Shown here: positions 10,286-21,131 of the stretch, piece after piece | Position numbering within the stretch: position 1 is the first letter of the stretch | How the letters are laid out: every line of letters starts with the position of its first letter | NCBI GenBank assembly: GCA_965217895.1 | Contig: CBDCJV010000002.1 | Location: 1,248,001 to 1,312,000 of the forward strand | Source of the DNA: Waterburya sp. | GTDB taxonomy: Bacteria; Cyanobacteriota; Cyanobacteriia; Cyanobacteriales; Xenococcaceae | DNA: 64,000 nucleotides | Direction: 5' to 3' | Notes under the pieces: model-generated | What the model saw: only the letters and a program-made list of their open reading frames with translations | The model's database searches: none | Told to the model about the DNA's origin: nothing | Translations under genes and position numbers: made by a program

Positions 10286-10537
10286 TTAAAATCGCTCTAC
10301 ACTACCAAGGAAGACTGGTTCAACTCGAATAGCTAGTACGCTCTTTGGTCGAATAACCATATATTCTCCCTGAACGTTCTTAATTGGTACATTAACAAAA
10401 TCTTCGGAATCTGATTTTGACATTAATTCCGTGCTGTACCATTTTTGGAAATCTTGGACAGAAGTAAAGCGAACTTCTTCTTTATGACCACCAGAAATTA
10501 ATAGGTTAACTGCGTATTCGTCAGGCTTTCTTGGCAT
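10286..10537 (-). CDS. Conserved cyanobacterial hypothetical protein
   Basis: 83-aa ORF with GGHKEEVRF and QGEYMVIRP. Confidence 0.75.
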   Translation of the reverse strand: MPRKPDEYAVNLLISGGHKEEVRFTSVQDFQKWYSTELMSKSDSEDFVNVPIKNVQGEYMVIRPKSVLAIRVEPVFLGSVERF

Positions 10538-10614
10538 AGGAACTAGTTGAAAACTGCAATATCTATAGTTCCCAAAAAACCTAATTTAAACGCCATCTGC
10601 TTAAAAATTTAGCT

Positions 10615-10799
10615 GACGCGGTGAAGCAGTCCGTTGCGAGGCGAAGCGTTGTGGGGGTTTCCCCCATTGTAGCTATTGCCGTGGGTGCGGAGGTTTCCAA
10701 GGCGGAGACGATCGGGTCAGTTACGGACAAGTCCTTACTCGACCAGATTCCACGCCGCTCGTTATAGAAACTACTGAACCCTTTAGGGGGTCGCTCGTC
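10615..10799. repeat. Composite small dispersed repeat
   Basis: GC-rich island sharing GCGGTGAAGCAGTCCGTTGC and GAACCCTTTAGGGGGTC with 42518-42582. Confidence 0.85.
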
Positions 10800-10819
10800 T
10801 AACTGTCCTAACTGCTAAA

Positions 10820-11125
10820 CTAATCTTCAGGCTCAACGGTTTTGCTAGGTGAAGCTTCGTATAAAGCATCTAGCTTTGAGCGAGCATCATCTACAGATAC
10901 CGATCGCATTACGAGCAATGGTTCTTCAATCACTTTACCTTGCTCATCTAATAGTTCTGGATGAACTTCTTTTTGCTGGCGAAAATAATTGTTATTTGAA
11001 CGATTGTAGTTGGGTGGATAGAACTTTTGAGTATCGGCACTCAAAGTAATTAAGCTACGTATAAGGTTACTAACTGCCAAAAGAGCAATGGCAGTAAATA
11101 CCAGAATGTAAACTAAATGCAACAT
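10820..11125 (-). CDS. DUF2973-like protein
   Basis: MLHLVYIL TM start, HPELLD and EPLLVMRS; usual neighbour of thrS. Confidence 0.75.
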   Translation of the reverse strand: MLHLVYILVFTAIALLAVSNLIRSLITLSADTQKFYPPNYNRSNNNYFRQQKEVHPELLDEQGKVIEEPLLVMRSVSVDDARSKLDALYEASPSKTVEPED

Positions 11126-11228
11126 AAGTCTTTTGTTCCTAATAAACTCTTCAAGATGATCTATAAAGTTATATCAATGAGTTTTTTACTGTTGTTTGAG
11201 ATTTGTCAGATATTTTAGATATTTAAGC

Positions 11229-11543
11229 TTAATTTTTAGACTGTCGTCTTTTTTGGGCTACATTCCAACACTCAGCCACTAACTGATGCCAGGGAAGCAG
11301 CATTCTTGAGTCAATACCTGCTGCACCATCTGTAGCCTGAAATAGCATTTGCGCCGTTGTAACTTCTTTTTGACTCTCAACAATTCTTGCTAATAATTGA
11401 GCTTGCTCTTGAGTAGAAAAAAAAGACATTTGCTCTGATTCCAATAAAGAGCGCGATCGCCCAAACCAATATTGAAAATCTTCCAGAAGTGGCTCTAAAA
11501 CCGTCTTGAGTAACTCTTTCTCAGTAGGCTGTTGTCTAGACAT
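11229..11543 (-). CDS. DUF2605-like protein
   Basis: LLKTVLEPLLEDFQYWF and PWHQLVAECW. Confidence 0.8.
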   Translation of the reverse strand: MSRQQPTEKELLKTVLEPLLEDFQYWFGRSRSLLESEQMSFFSTQEQAQLLARIVESQKEVTTAQMLFQATDGAAGIDSRMLLPWHQLVAECWNVAQKRRQSKN

Positions 11544-11704
11544 TAAATTTAAATTAGCTTGTAATCTTAATATTTATCTTAGCGGTTTTCATAAAATTTA
11601 ATATAATTTCATTGTTTTATCATATATTGATCTAAAAAGTTGAAGCAGTTGAAAAGTGTAAGAGCAGTTAAATTCAGATTAGACTTAAAATATAACGAGA
11701 TTAC

Positions 11705-13537
11705 TTGCGTCCTTTACAACAGCCGATGCCTGAAGCAGAACAAGCACAACAACCAATAAAATTACTCCGTACTAGTGAATCCGAATCCTTACAGAAAATT
11801 CGCCACACCGCATCTCACATCATGGCAATGGCGGTGCAAAAGCTTTTTCCTAAAGCCCAGGTTACCATAGGACCCTGGACAGAAAATGGCTTTTATTACG
11901 ATTTTGATAGTCCCGATCCTTTTACCGAAAAAGATTTGAAAAAAATCCGTAAGGAAATGATCAAAATTATTAATCGTAACCTACCTGTAGAGCGAGAAGA
12001 AGTTAGCCGAGAAGAAGCTAAACAACGCATTGAAGCTCAAGGTGAACCCTACAAGCTAGAAATTTTAGACAGTATTCACGAACCGATTACCATTTATCAC
12101 TTAGGCGAACAGTGGTGGGATCTCTGTGCAGGTCCTCATGTAGCCCACACTGCTGATATCGATCCTAAGGCGATCGCCCTCGAAAGCGTGGCAGGGGCAT
12201 ACTGGCGCGGAGATGAAACTAAGGCACAGCTACAGCGTATTTATGGTACTGCTTGGGAAACACCCGAACAGTTAGCAGAATATCAGCGTCGTAAAGAAGA
12301 AGCTTTAAAACGCGATCATCGTAAACTGGGCAAAGAACTAGGCTTATTTATCTTCTCTGATTTAGTTGGGGCAGGTTTACCTTTGTGGACTCCTAAAGGA
12401 ACTATCTTGCGATCACAACTGGAAGATTATCTTAAGCAAGAACAAATAAAGCGGGGTTATCTGCCTGTAGTTACGCCTCATCTGGGTAAAGTCGATTTAT
12501 TTAAAATTTCAGGACACTGGCAAAACTACAAAGAAGATTCGTTTCCGATGATGGCAGAAGACGAAGCAGCAGCAGCAGCAGAACAAGGTTTTGTGCTTAA
12601 GCCCATGAACTGTCCGTTCCATATTCAGATTTATCAAAGTGAATTGCGCTCTTATAAAGAGTTGCCGATAAGACTGGCGGAATTTGGTACAGTCTATCGT
12701 TATGAACAGTCAGGTGAATTAGGTGGACTTACACGAGTTAGAGGTTTTACTCAAGACGATGCTCATTTGTTCGTTACACCAGAACAATTAGATGAGGAAT
12801 TCTTGAAAGTAGTTGATTTAATTCAAATTGTCTTTAAAAATTTGCAGTTAACTAACTTCAAAGCCCGTTTGAGTTTCCGCGATCCAGAATCGGATAAATA
12901 TATCGGTTCAGATGAAGCATGGTCAAAGGCTCAAAATGCAATTCGTCGTGCTGTAGAAAAAATGGGCATGGAACATTTTGAAGGAATTGGCGAAGCTGCT
13001 TTTTATGGACCAAAGCTAGACTTTATCTTTGAAGATGCCTTGGGTAGAGAATGGCAGCTAGGTACAGTGCAGGTAGACTATAATTTGCCCGATCGCTTTG
13101 GACTAGAGTATGTTGCCGAGGATGGCTCCCGCCAGCGTCCAATTATGATCCACCGCGCGCCTTTTGGTTCATTAGAAAGGCTAATTGGCATCTTGATTGA
13201 AGAATATGCAGGCGACTTTCCTCTGTGGCTTGCCCCTGTACAGGTGCGCTTGTTACCCGTGCGAGATGCTCATTTCGACTATGTAAAAGCAGTAGCTGCC
13301 AAAATGCGGGAGGCAGGAATTCGCGCCGAAGCTGATACTAGCGGCGAACGTCTGGGTAAAATGATTCGTAATGCCGAGAAGCAAAAGATCCCTGTCATGT
13401 CAGTGGTTGGTGACAAAGAAGTAGAAGATAATACCTTGAGCATTCGTACTCGTGCTTCGGGAGAATTAGGCGCGATCGCTCTTGTCGAAGTTATTAAGAA
13501 ACTGACTCAGGCAATTTCCGAACACACTAACTTTTAG
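11705..13537 (+). CDS. thrS: Threonine--tRNA ligase
   Basis: RHTASH, DLCAGPH, KPMNCP, RVRGFTQDDAH and IHRAPFGS; start may be ATG 11726. Confidence 0.98.
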   Translation: MRPLQQPMPEAEQAQQPIKLLRTSESESLQKIRHTASHIMAMAVQKLFPKAQVTIGPWTENGFYYDFDSPDPFTEKDLKKIRKEMIKIINRNLPVEREEVSREEAKQRIEAQGEPYKLEILDSIHEPITIYHLGEQWWDLCAGPHVAHTADIDPKAIALESVAGAYWRGDETKAQLQRIYGTAWETPEQLAEYQRRKEEALKRDHRKLGKELGLFIFSDLVGAGLPLWTPKGTILRSQLEDYLKQEQIKRGYLPVVTPHLGKVDLFKISGHWQNYKEDSFPMMAEDEAAAAAEQGFVLKPMNCPFHIQIYQSELRSYKELPIRLAEFGTVYRYEQSGELGGLTRVRGFTQDDAHLFVTPEQLDEEFLKVVDLIQIVFKNLQLTNFKARLSFRDPESDKYIGSDEAWSKAQNAIRRAVEKMGMEHFEGIGEAAFYGPKLDFIFEDALGREWQLGTVQVDYNLPDRFGLEYVAEDGSRQRPIMIHRAPFGSLERLIGILIEEYAGDFPLWLAPVQVRLLPVRDAHFDYVKAVAAKMREAGIRAEADTSGERLGKMIRNAEKQKIPVMSVVGDKEVEDNTLSIRTRASGELGAIALVEVIKKLTQAISEHTNF

Positions 13538-13818
13538 CAGGCGCGAAATATTGATGTTTAATTAAGGGAAAAACTTAAATCTACTACTTTCAAATATTTG
13601 TAAAGTAAAGTAATCTATTTTACCAAAAGCTTATATTGAGTTGTTTAGTAGTTTAGTAGATGTACATTAGCAGACAGACTGAATTAAGCTAGATCATATA
13701 AAAATATAATAAATCACTAAAAGCTTTCTGACTGCATGGGAAAGTGCGCCTTGGCAAATTCTGACTTCTGACTAAAAGTATCTCTATTTTTCCTACTTAA
13801 TTTATATATACAATATCG

Positions 13819-16644
13819 ATGTCATATAGTTTTCCATTGCTAACAAATGCAGTAACCATATTTAGCTATTGGTCTAAAAAGTCTGGCAATATAGTTGTAT
13901 GTAGCTTACTTTGGTTTAATTTTGGCATTATAAAAGCTCATGCCAAAGATAATATTTTGGTAATTCATTCTTATAATCCCGAATTATCTCAAACAAAGCA
14001 GCAGCAAGAAGCTATCGCCCAGGGGTTTGCGGAAACAAACGATAAAATCAACGTTTTTCACGAGTATTTAGACGGGAAACGTTATTCAAATCCAAAACAA
14101 AAACAGGAATTTATCAATTACATAGATAAAAAATACGCTACGGCTTCCCTTAATTTATTAATGGTGGTAGATGAGCCTAGCTTGCAACTAATGTTAGAGC
14201 AACATGACCGCCTTTTTGCCAATCTTCCAGTCGTATTTTTAGGTATAGATCATTTGCGACAGGAGTTACTAGACACTCCCTGGCTTACAGGAGTATTTGA
14301 GAACTACGCCACAATCGATACTATTTTAGAAGCTGCACGACAAACCTGGACAAATACTGTAGTTGTTGTTAACGACACTACTGAAGCGGGAGAAGTAAAT
14401 CTAGAGCAAATCAATCAACTAAAAGAGATTTCTAATAAACATCTTCGGGTTGAGATGATTAACGATCTAAGTGTTCGGGACATTAAAAATCGCTTAGGAA
14501 AATATCCTGATAATTTGCCGATTATATTACTAGGACAGCTACGCCGAAATAATTCTGGTGGTGATTTGATCGACCCTGAAGAAGATACTCAAATTATCAA
14601 GTCAAAAATTCCTAATCCTATTTACACTGACAATGCAGTTCGTTTGGGAAAAGGAGTGGTAGGAGGAAAAGTTTTTGATACGGACTATCATGCCCGACAA
14701 GCTGTGGAACTTGCTGAACAAATTTTGCAGGGAGTAAAGCCTAATGAGGTAGGTCCCATTTTTACAGGGAAAAACCGCTGGATTTTTGATTATCGACAGT
14801 TGCAGAATTATGATATCAAGCTTGATTCATTACCAGACGACAGTGAGTTGCTGTATGTTGAACCACCATTTTATGTCAAGTATAGAACCATAGTTGCCAT
14901 TATTGCTCTTGGCTTTCTTTCGAGTGTACTCACAATTATTTTGTTAAGCGAAAAAATGAGAAAGCGCGATATTGCTAACAAAATTCTTCAGGAACATAAA
15001 CAAAGGTACAAAGATTTGGCTGAGGCAGGAGCAAATGTTTTTTGGGAACTAGATGACCAACTAAAATATTGTTATATATCTGGGGATATTCAAGATCTTT
15101 GTGGCTTAAAGCCTTCAGATCTATTGGGTCATTCTCCTCAAGATTTACATCGTCGCAATTCTAAATTGGATGTAGATTGGGAACTTTTGCGACAACTTAC
15201 TCAACTGCGAGAGCCAATCAAAAACTTTACTTTTAGTCTAAAAGATGAAGAGAATAAGGTAAGGATCTTTAAAATCAACGGTAATCCTTTATTTGATCGC
15301 GATTATCGCTTCTTGGGATATCGCGGTGTAAAGCAAGAAATCACCGCCGAAAGAAATCTATCTCAAAAAATTGCTTATCAAGCAACCTATGACGATTTGA
15401 CGGGTCTATTAAATCGCCGTGAATTTAATGAAAAACTGAAATATTCTGTGCAAAAAGCGCATAAATACCATACTGAATCAGTTTTGTGCTATCTAGATTT
15501 AGATCGCTTCAAAATTGTCAACGATACCGCTGGACATTTAGTTGGCGATCGCCTGTTGTCAGAATTGGCACAGCTACTACAAAAAATGATCCGCAAGGGA
15601 GACACCCTGGGTAGATTAGGGGGAGATGAATTTGGATTATTGCTAGAAGGATGCTCTATCGCTGAAGCAGAGCAAATTTGTGAACACTTAATCAGTTCGA
15701 TTAATAACTATCGTCTCAAGTGGAACAATGTTGAATTTGATGTGGGAGTCAGCATTGGCATTGTTGGTATTTCCTATGCTTCTACTGATGCAGCCGAAGT
15801 TTTGAGTCGGGCAGATGTGGCTTGCTATCAGGCAAAAAATTCAGGTCGAGGTCGAGTTTACATTTTCGAGAATAACCATCAAAAAGTTAATCTAGAGCAA
15901 ACTCAAATGGGACACATTGCTAATGTTTCTCAGGCAATTAAAGAAAATCGTTTTTATTTAGTTAAACAATTAATCAAACCTTTAGTCGATGATGGTCAGC
16001 AACGTCAACATTATGAAATTTTGCTAAGGCTTAAAGACCCTTCTGGCAAGTCTATTCGCCCAGATCAGTTTATTCCTGTAGCCGAACGCTATGGGGTAAT
16101 TACCATTGTCGATCGCTGGGTTTTAGAAGCAACTTTAAACTCCTATGCAGAATGCTTTGGCGACACACAAACCTTAGTTTCGATCAATTTATCTGGTGCT
16201 AGCATCAATGACGAAAGATTTACTAATTATGCGATCGATCTAATCAAGCAATCTAAAGTGCCTGGGGATTGTCTTTGTTTTGAAATCACTGAAACCGCAG
16301 CTATTGAACAAATTATCCATGCTCAAAAATTTATGTCTTCGATGAAAGATTTGGGAGTCAAATTTGCTTTGGATGATTTTGGCAGTGGTGTTTCTTCCTT
16401 TTCTTATCTCAAAAATTTACCCGTAGACTATTTAAAAATTGATGGCAGTTTAGTCAAAAATATTCTCAAGGAAGAGTACAATCTCGCTATTGTCAATTCA
16501 ATCAATGAAGTTGCTCATCTAATGGGCATTAAAACCATTGCTGAGTTTGTAGACAACGACCAGATATTAGAACGTTTGGCAAAAATTAGTATTGACTACG
16601 CTCAAGGTTATTATCTCGGCAAACCAGTGGCGATCGCGTCTTAG
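13819..16644 (+). CDS. Periplasmic sensor-TM-PAS-GGDEF-EAL c-di-GMP enzyme
   Basis: ILVIHSY substrate-binding-like sensor, TM, PAS, RKGD I-site plus RLGGDEF, YEILLR, DDFGSG and QGY. Confidence 0.92.
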   Translation: MSYSFPLLTNAVTIFSYWSKKSGNIVVCSLLWFNFGIIKAHAKDNILVIHSYNPELSQTKQQQEAIAQGFAETNDKINVFHEYLDGKRYSNPKQKQEFINYIDKKYATASLNLLMVVDEPSLQLMLEQHDRLFANLPVVFLGIDHLRQELLDTPWLTGVFENYATIDTILEAARQTWTNTVVVVNDTTEAGEVNLEQINQLKEISNKHLRVEMINDLSVRDIKNRLGKYPDNLPIILLGQLRRNNSGGDLIDPEEDTQIIKSKIPNPIYTDNAVRLGKGVVGGKVFDTDYHARQAVELAEQILQGVKPNEVGPIFTGKNRWIFDYRQLQNYDIKLDSLPDDSELLYVEPPFYVKYRTIVAIIALGFLSSVLTIILLSEKMRKRDIANKILQEHKQRYKDLAEAGANVFWELDDQLKYCYISGDIQDLCGLKPSDLLGHSPQDLHRRNSKLDVDWELLRQLTQLREPIKNFTFSLKDEENKVRIFKINGNPLFDRDYRFLGYRGVKQEITAERNLSQKIAYQATYDDLTGLLNRREFNEKLKYSVQKAHKYHTESVLCYLDLDRFKIVNDTAGHLVGDRLLSELAQLLQKMIRKGDTLGRLGGDEFGLLLEGCSIAEAEQICEHLISSINNYRLKWNNVEFDVGVSIGIVGISYASTDAAEVLSRADVACYQAKNSGRGRVYIFENNHQKVNLEQTQMGHIANVSQAIKENRFYLVKQLIKPLVDDGQQRQHYEILLRLKDPSGKSIRPDQFIPVAERYGVITIVDRWVLEATLNSYAECFGDTQTLVSINLSGASINDERFTNYAIDLIKQSKVPGDCLCFEITETAAIEQIIHAQKFMSSMKDLGVKFALDDFGSGVSSFSYLKNLPVDYLKIDGSLVKNILKEEYNLAIVNSINEVAHLMGIKTIAEFVDNDQILERLAKISIDYAQGYYLGKPVAIAS

Positions 16645-16689
16645 GAAGCAAGAAGTATTCGATTTTATAGCATTACGTTTTTAGATATT

Positions 16690-18366
16690 TTAAGAATCGA
16701 TAATAGGCTTAATTTTGGTTAGATAAGCTTGCCAAGCATTCATGGCTTCAGGGTTAGAGTTTACGCCCTTCTGTAATAAAACTACTCCTTGATTAAAGCC
16801 AATGACACCATATTCTTGGTTTTGGAGAACCTGTTTGATTACCTGAGTGATAACTTTTAGGTCAGTGCCATAGTTACTGAAAACTACCTGATAGCGTTCC
16901 ATTATTCCCAGATCGGCAATAAGATAGTCTACCTGATGAATTTTTTGGTTATCTCCTCTAATTTCTAATCCAGGTAAGCGGATGACTTCCCTTCTACTTG
17001 AAACATGGGGAATGATAAAACTGGTTGCTGAAACACTAGCACTGGCAGGAATTTTGGCTAAAAGATGGTAGATATTCTGGCTGCGCTGCCATTGTTCGGG
17101 TGCAGAAATATAAACTAAGGGTTTAATTGAATCGGGTATTAAAAAATAAAAAGTCTGACTGGGGTTGGAAGTGACTGTAAAAAATAAAGATAGACAAATA
17201 CAAAAGATCCAGAAACGACGAAACTGAGGACGAAGCTGGCGCGGTTTGCATTGAGTAATTGCTCTGTTAACATTACCAAAACCCTGTCCAGCCCACCACA
17301 AAATTGAACCATAAAATAAACCAGGAGTAACGCTGATGGCGTAGCGAATGGAAATGCTTAAAACTAAATCTCCCTGACTGAGAAACAATTGTAAAAGAGG
17401 AAAAATGGCGATCGCCCAAGCAGCAGGAGCAACAACGGGTATAAAAGCTAAGGGCAACCATTGCCCCAGCAAATATTTTAGGGTGCTAAAAAAAGGTGTA
17501 AACAACTCCACCAGCAACTTTCCAGGATGAGTAACCATATTGAGAATAATCTCTAGGGTTGAAGCCTGATTTCCTTGGGCGTACTGTCCAAAGTTTTCAA
17601 GCATAAATCTTTGGGAAATATCGCTACTAAACAAAGGCATGACCAAATTAGTTACACCCAGCACATACAAAAAACTACCCAGACACACCGCCAAGCCAAT
17701 TCGCGGATATCGCCGACTAAGAATTAAATAAACTCCAACACCAAATAAGGTAATCCCGCTATCTTCTCGCACTGCCAAAGTACAGATGGCAAAAATCGTA
17801 ACCAGCCACCAGCAGCGTTTCTCCATCGCCAAGAGTAAACTAAACATAAACAGAGGAATTTGGGAAAGATCGTGAAAATTTCCCATAGTTGGACCGACTA
17901 CGGCATTAGCACCATAAAAACTAGCGGTAATCAGAGTTGCGATCGCAGGTTTTAAGTATATTCTTGCCAGAGGATATAAAACCAATCCTGCTGCGGTGAC
18001 AAAAATTACCTGTAAAATCGTCAGGGTAGCTGGATAAGGAAACAAATAGTAAATTGGCAACCAGAGCAATAAAGCGGGGGTAAAATGCTGTCCTAAGCGG
18101 TGATAGCCCACATAGGGAACTTCTCCACTATGAATCACGTTAGTAGAGAGTTGAGAAGAAAGGGTGCTTTGAAAAAAGTTGCCGTGAGTACCGTTCCAAA
18201 AAACCTGATTAAAAATTCCCTGATCGTAAGAAGAATAAAATGAGAAATGACGATGTAGAGTTAAAGTCAGGGTAATTAGAAAAAAAGCGATCGCGAAGCT
18301 AACCGTAGGCATCGCCCAGTAAGTAACAGCTTTTTTATCAGAATCGGTACTCAATTTAGATGTCAT
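16690..18366 (-). CDS. DUF2079-family membrane protein (GT-C-like)
   Basis: YDQGIFNQ, LGQHFTP, NFHD and REDSG; multi-TM. Confidence 0.75.
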   Translation of the reverse strand: MTSKLSTDSDKKAVTYWAMPTVSFAIAFFLITLTLTLHRHFSFYSSYDQGIFNQVFWNGTHGNFFQSTLSSQLSTNVIHSGEVPYVGYHRLGQHFTPALLLWLPIYYLFPYPATLTILQVIFVTAAGLVLYPLARIYLKPAIATLITASFYGANAVVGPTMGNFHDLSQIPLFMFSLLLAMEKRCWWLVTIFAICTLAVREDSGITLFGVGVYLILSRRYPRIGLAVCLGSFLYVLGVTNLVMPLFSSDISQRFMLENFGQYAQGNQASTLEIILNMVTHPGKLLVELFTPFFSTLKYLLGQWLPLAFIPVVAPAAWAIAIFPLLQLFLSQGDLVLSISIRYAISVTPGLFYGSILWWAGQGFGNVNRAITQCKPRQLRPQFRRFWIFCICLSLFFTVTSNPSQTFYFLIPDSIKPLVYISAPEQWQRSQNIYHLLAKIPASASVSATSFIIPHVSSRREVIRLPGLEIRGDNQKIHQVDYLIADLGIMERYQVVFSNYGTDLKVITQVIKQVLQNQEYGVIGFNQGVVLLQKGVNSNPEAMNAWQAYLTKIKPIIDS

Positions 18367-18512
18367 TGTTTACTGTCTTATTGTTTACTGATTAGCGATC
18401 GCTGATTGAATTTGTAGCAAATCTTCCCCATAAATCAAAACAATCTTAACTTTTGATCTACTTAATCTATAAAATTCTGGCATTTTTAAAGTTCTATTTT
18501 AGAATAGAGAGG

Positions 18513-18578
18513 GCGGAGACAAAAGTTTCCGTTCACTCCTCACACCACAATCCGCTCGATAATTATCGGGCGGTTTTC
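18513..18578 (+). ncRNA. yfr1: Yfr1 small RNA
   Basis: Undecamer ACTCCTCACAC (18535-18545) between 5' hairpin GCGGAGAC..GTTTCCGT and terminator CCGCTCGAT..ATCGGGCGG-TTTT; TAGAAT -10 at 18500; upstream of trxA as is typical. Confidence 0.93.
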
Positions 18579-18606
18579 TATTTTCAACGTATAAGTTAAA
18601 TATTTT

Positions 18607-18660
18607 ACTGCCCTAACTGCCCTAACTGCCCCAACTGTCCCCACTGCCCTAACTGTTACT
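18607..18660 (+). repeat. 9-bp tandem repeat (ACTGCCCTA), about 6 copies
   Basis: Read directly from the sequence; related units at 10801-10816. Confidence 0.9.
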
Positions 18661-18770
18661 TCTACTACTTTCGATATAAAGTCTTGTTGTTTTAGAATCT
18701 ATTAACCGTTGGCTATGGTAGAATTTTGTATTATTGAAAAGGATTTTTGTGGTAAATCAGGACTTAAATA

Positions 18771-19097
18771 ATGTCATCATCAGCTGCGCCAGTAACAGAT
18801 GCAAGTTTTGCAGAAGAAGTTTTAGAAAGTTCCGTTCCCGTACTAGTAGATTTTTGGGCTCCTTGGTGTGGTCCTTGCCGTATGGTTGCGCCAGTAGTAG
18901 ACGAAATTGCCGAGCAATATGACGATCAAATTAAAGTAGTTAAATTAAATACAGACGAAAACCCTCAAGTTGCTAGTCAATATGGTATTCGCAGTATTCC
19001 CACCTTGATGATCTTCAAGGATGGTCAAAGAGTAGATATGGTAGTTGGAGCAGTCCCTAAAACTACTTTGGCAAACACACTAGAAAAATATCTATAA
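18771..19097 (+). CDS. trxA: Thioredoxin (m-type)
   Basis: WCGPC active site and SIPTL. Confidence 0.97.
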   Translation: MSSSAAPVTDASFAEEVLESSVPVLVDFWAPWCGPCRMVAPVVDEIAEQYDDQIKVVKLNTDENPQVASQYGIRSIPTLMIFKDGQRVDMVVGAVPKTTLANTLEKYL

Positions 19098-19304
19098 TTT
19101 TTCTATTAAACATTATGTATGTAGCTTCAGCAGATCTTATTCAAAGATTAAGCTGGGGCTAATTTTATGTTTGCTCATATTTTTACAGCAGCGGACAGAC
19201 CCCTCGCGTCCGCGTTTATATCGGACGCAGCAGAGTAATCTGTAACTGTAGAGCCATTTTTATCGCTACAATAACTGAGGAAAAAAGTCTATTAGAATAA
19301 ATTT

Positions 19305-20372
19305 ATGACTTTATCTTCACCTAACGACTCAGAATTATTAAATCAGCAGCTAAAGGATTTGCTGGCAATTCTCTCTAATCATCCTCATCGTCAATTAATC
19401 CAGCGAGCTTTGGGTGTGCTAACCAGAATTGCTAAGGAGGACACAGAACGACCCAACTGGAAGATTTTAACTGCTTCTATTGAAGATTTAGAACAGGGAT
19501 TTAAAAAGTTTTACCCCTATAGACACACCAGAAAAATTGCTATTTTTGGTTCAGCTCGAACTTTAAAAGAGCAGGCAGAATACAAAATGGCAATGGAGTT
19601 TGCTCGCTGTATGATCCAGTCTGGATTTATGGTGATAACTGGGGCTGGGGGCGGAATTATGCAGGCAGGAAACGAGGGGGCTGGCAAAGATAATTCTTTT
19701 GGGCTTAATATTAGATTGCCTTTTGAACAGGGTGCCAACTCTGCTATTAAAGGGGATGATAAGTTAATCGACTTTAAATACTTTTTTACTCGCAAATTAT
19801 TTTTCTTAAGAGAAAGTGATGCGATCGCTCTTTTTCCTGGCGGTTTTGGTACTCAAGATGAAGCTTTTGAAACTCTAACCCTTTGTCAAACTGGTAAATA
19901 TGGCCCTGTACCTTTAGTTTTGGTCGATAAACCAGGAGGGGATTACTGGCATTCTTGGAATAATTATATTTGTAAACAGCTAAAAGCTAAAGGGTTAATT
20001 AGTCCAGAAGATACTAGTCTGTATACGATTACCGATGAATTAGACGTAGCTTGTCAAACTATTAAAGACTTTTACCGCGTATATCACTCTAGTCGTTACG
20101 TAGGTAGCCTATTTGTAATGCGTCTTAAGCTGGAATTAGCCGATGAAAAAGTTGAGGAGCTAAATCAAGATTTTGCCGATATACTTAGTCAAGGAAAAAT
20201 TACTAAGACTGCTGCCCTCCCAGAAGAGCAAAAAGACCAACAGACAATTAATTTACCGCGCTTGTGTTTTTACTTTAATCAAAAAAGCCTAGGTCGTTTA
20301 CATCAGCTAATCGCTAAAATTAATCAGTTTGACATGGTTTGTGATGCCACGGAACATCCAGAACTCAAATAA
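19305..20372 (+). CDS. LOG family nucleotide phosphoribohydrolase-like protein
   Basis: IFGSAR, TGAGGGIM, YFFTRK and PGGFGTQDE. Confidence 0.9.
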   Translation: MTLSSPNDSELLNQQLKDLLAILSNHPHRQLIQRALGVLTRIAKEDTERPNWKILTASIEDLEQGFKKFYPYRHTRKIAIFGSARTLKEQAEYKMAMEFARCMIQSGFMVITGAGGGIMQAGNEGAGKDNSFGLNIRLPFEQGANSAIKGDDKLIDFKYFFTRKLFFLRESDAIALFPGGFGTQDEAFETLTLCQTGKYGPVPLVLVDKPGGDYWHSWNNYICKQLKAKGLISPEDTSLYTITDELDVACQTIKDFYRVYHSSRYVGSLFVMRLKLELADEKVEELNQDFADILSQGKITKTAALPEEQKDQQTINLPRLCFYFNQKSLGRLHQLIAKINQFDMVCDATEHPELK

Positions 20373-20493
20373 AGCAGTTATGTTTCTTAAACATAAAGTA
20401 AATAATAAAAACATATTATTAAGCTTTGTATAAATATAGTATTTAAATCTAAATATTTTCTTTATATTTCTTGGAAGTGAACTAGAATTTATA

Positions 20494-20775
20494 TTGTGGT
20501 CAGAAGTAACTACTGACTTACGACAATATAACGAGCTATTGGGTGAATTTGAATTGAATATTACACTATTGCGCCAAACCTGGAATTTAATTGAAACGAC
20601 TAATGCTTCAGAAATTTTAGAAATAGGCGAAACAGAATTGGTACAAAAATTATTAAGCCGTCTTGATGCTCAAAAACCTTTAGCCGATCAAGAACGTATT
20701 ACCTTGGTTGAATACCTTCACTCCAAAGTTGGCTTGATCAAGGATACTGCCGAGTCTCGCTTGGTGTCTGTCTAA
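20494..20775 (+). CDS. Hypothetical protein
   Basis: ORF with LRQTWNLIE...YLHSKVGLIKD pattern; start uncertain. Confidence 0.6.
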   Translation: MWSEVTTDLRQYNELLGEFELNITLLRQTWNLIETTNASEILEIGETELVQKLLSRLDAQKPLADQERITLVEYLHSKVGLIKDTAESRLVSV

Positions 20776-20795
20776 ATAATAATTGACGAATGCCT

Positions 20796-21086
20796 TCAAG
20801 TTCTAAGCCAAACTCGGTAACTCCAATTCAGTAGCCAAATAAGCTGCCTAACTTTTGCTAATTGTAACTGTATGAGTTGATAGCGTTTGCGGGCTAAGTA
20901 TATGTTTTGTTGTCCTTGATAAATTACCTTGGGAGTAAATTTAAGCACAACACGAAAATAAATCTCATAATTTATCAAAATGGCAGTGATTCTAGCTAAA
21001 AGCAGCCTTAATTGCCAGATTTTAATGGCTATATAAATATTAAGCAGTGTAATTGAGAAATTAACCGCAACAATTAGAAATATCAT
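20796..21086 (-). CDS. Hypothetical membrane-anchored protein
   Basis: N-terminal TM helix, 96 aa. Confidence 0.55.
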   Translation of the reverse strand: MIFLIVAVNFSITLLNIYIAIKIWQLRLLLARITAILINYEIYFRVVLKFTPKVIYQGQQNIYLARKRYQLIQLQLAKVRQLIWLLNWSYRVWLRT

Positions 21087-21131
21087 TAATGCTTAAAATA
21101 GAGCCAGATTAATTTAATCAGTTAAACCCGA

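Noticed and set aside
10615..10799. GC-rich hairpin islands as a CRISPR array or riboswitch
   Set aside because: No regular repeat-spacer period and no cas genes; shared dispersed modules in both orientations explain them.
19190..19230. GCGGAC/GTCCGC hairpins after trxA as an ncRNA
   Set aside because: Short, with no recognisable family; could be a terminator or repeat remnant.
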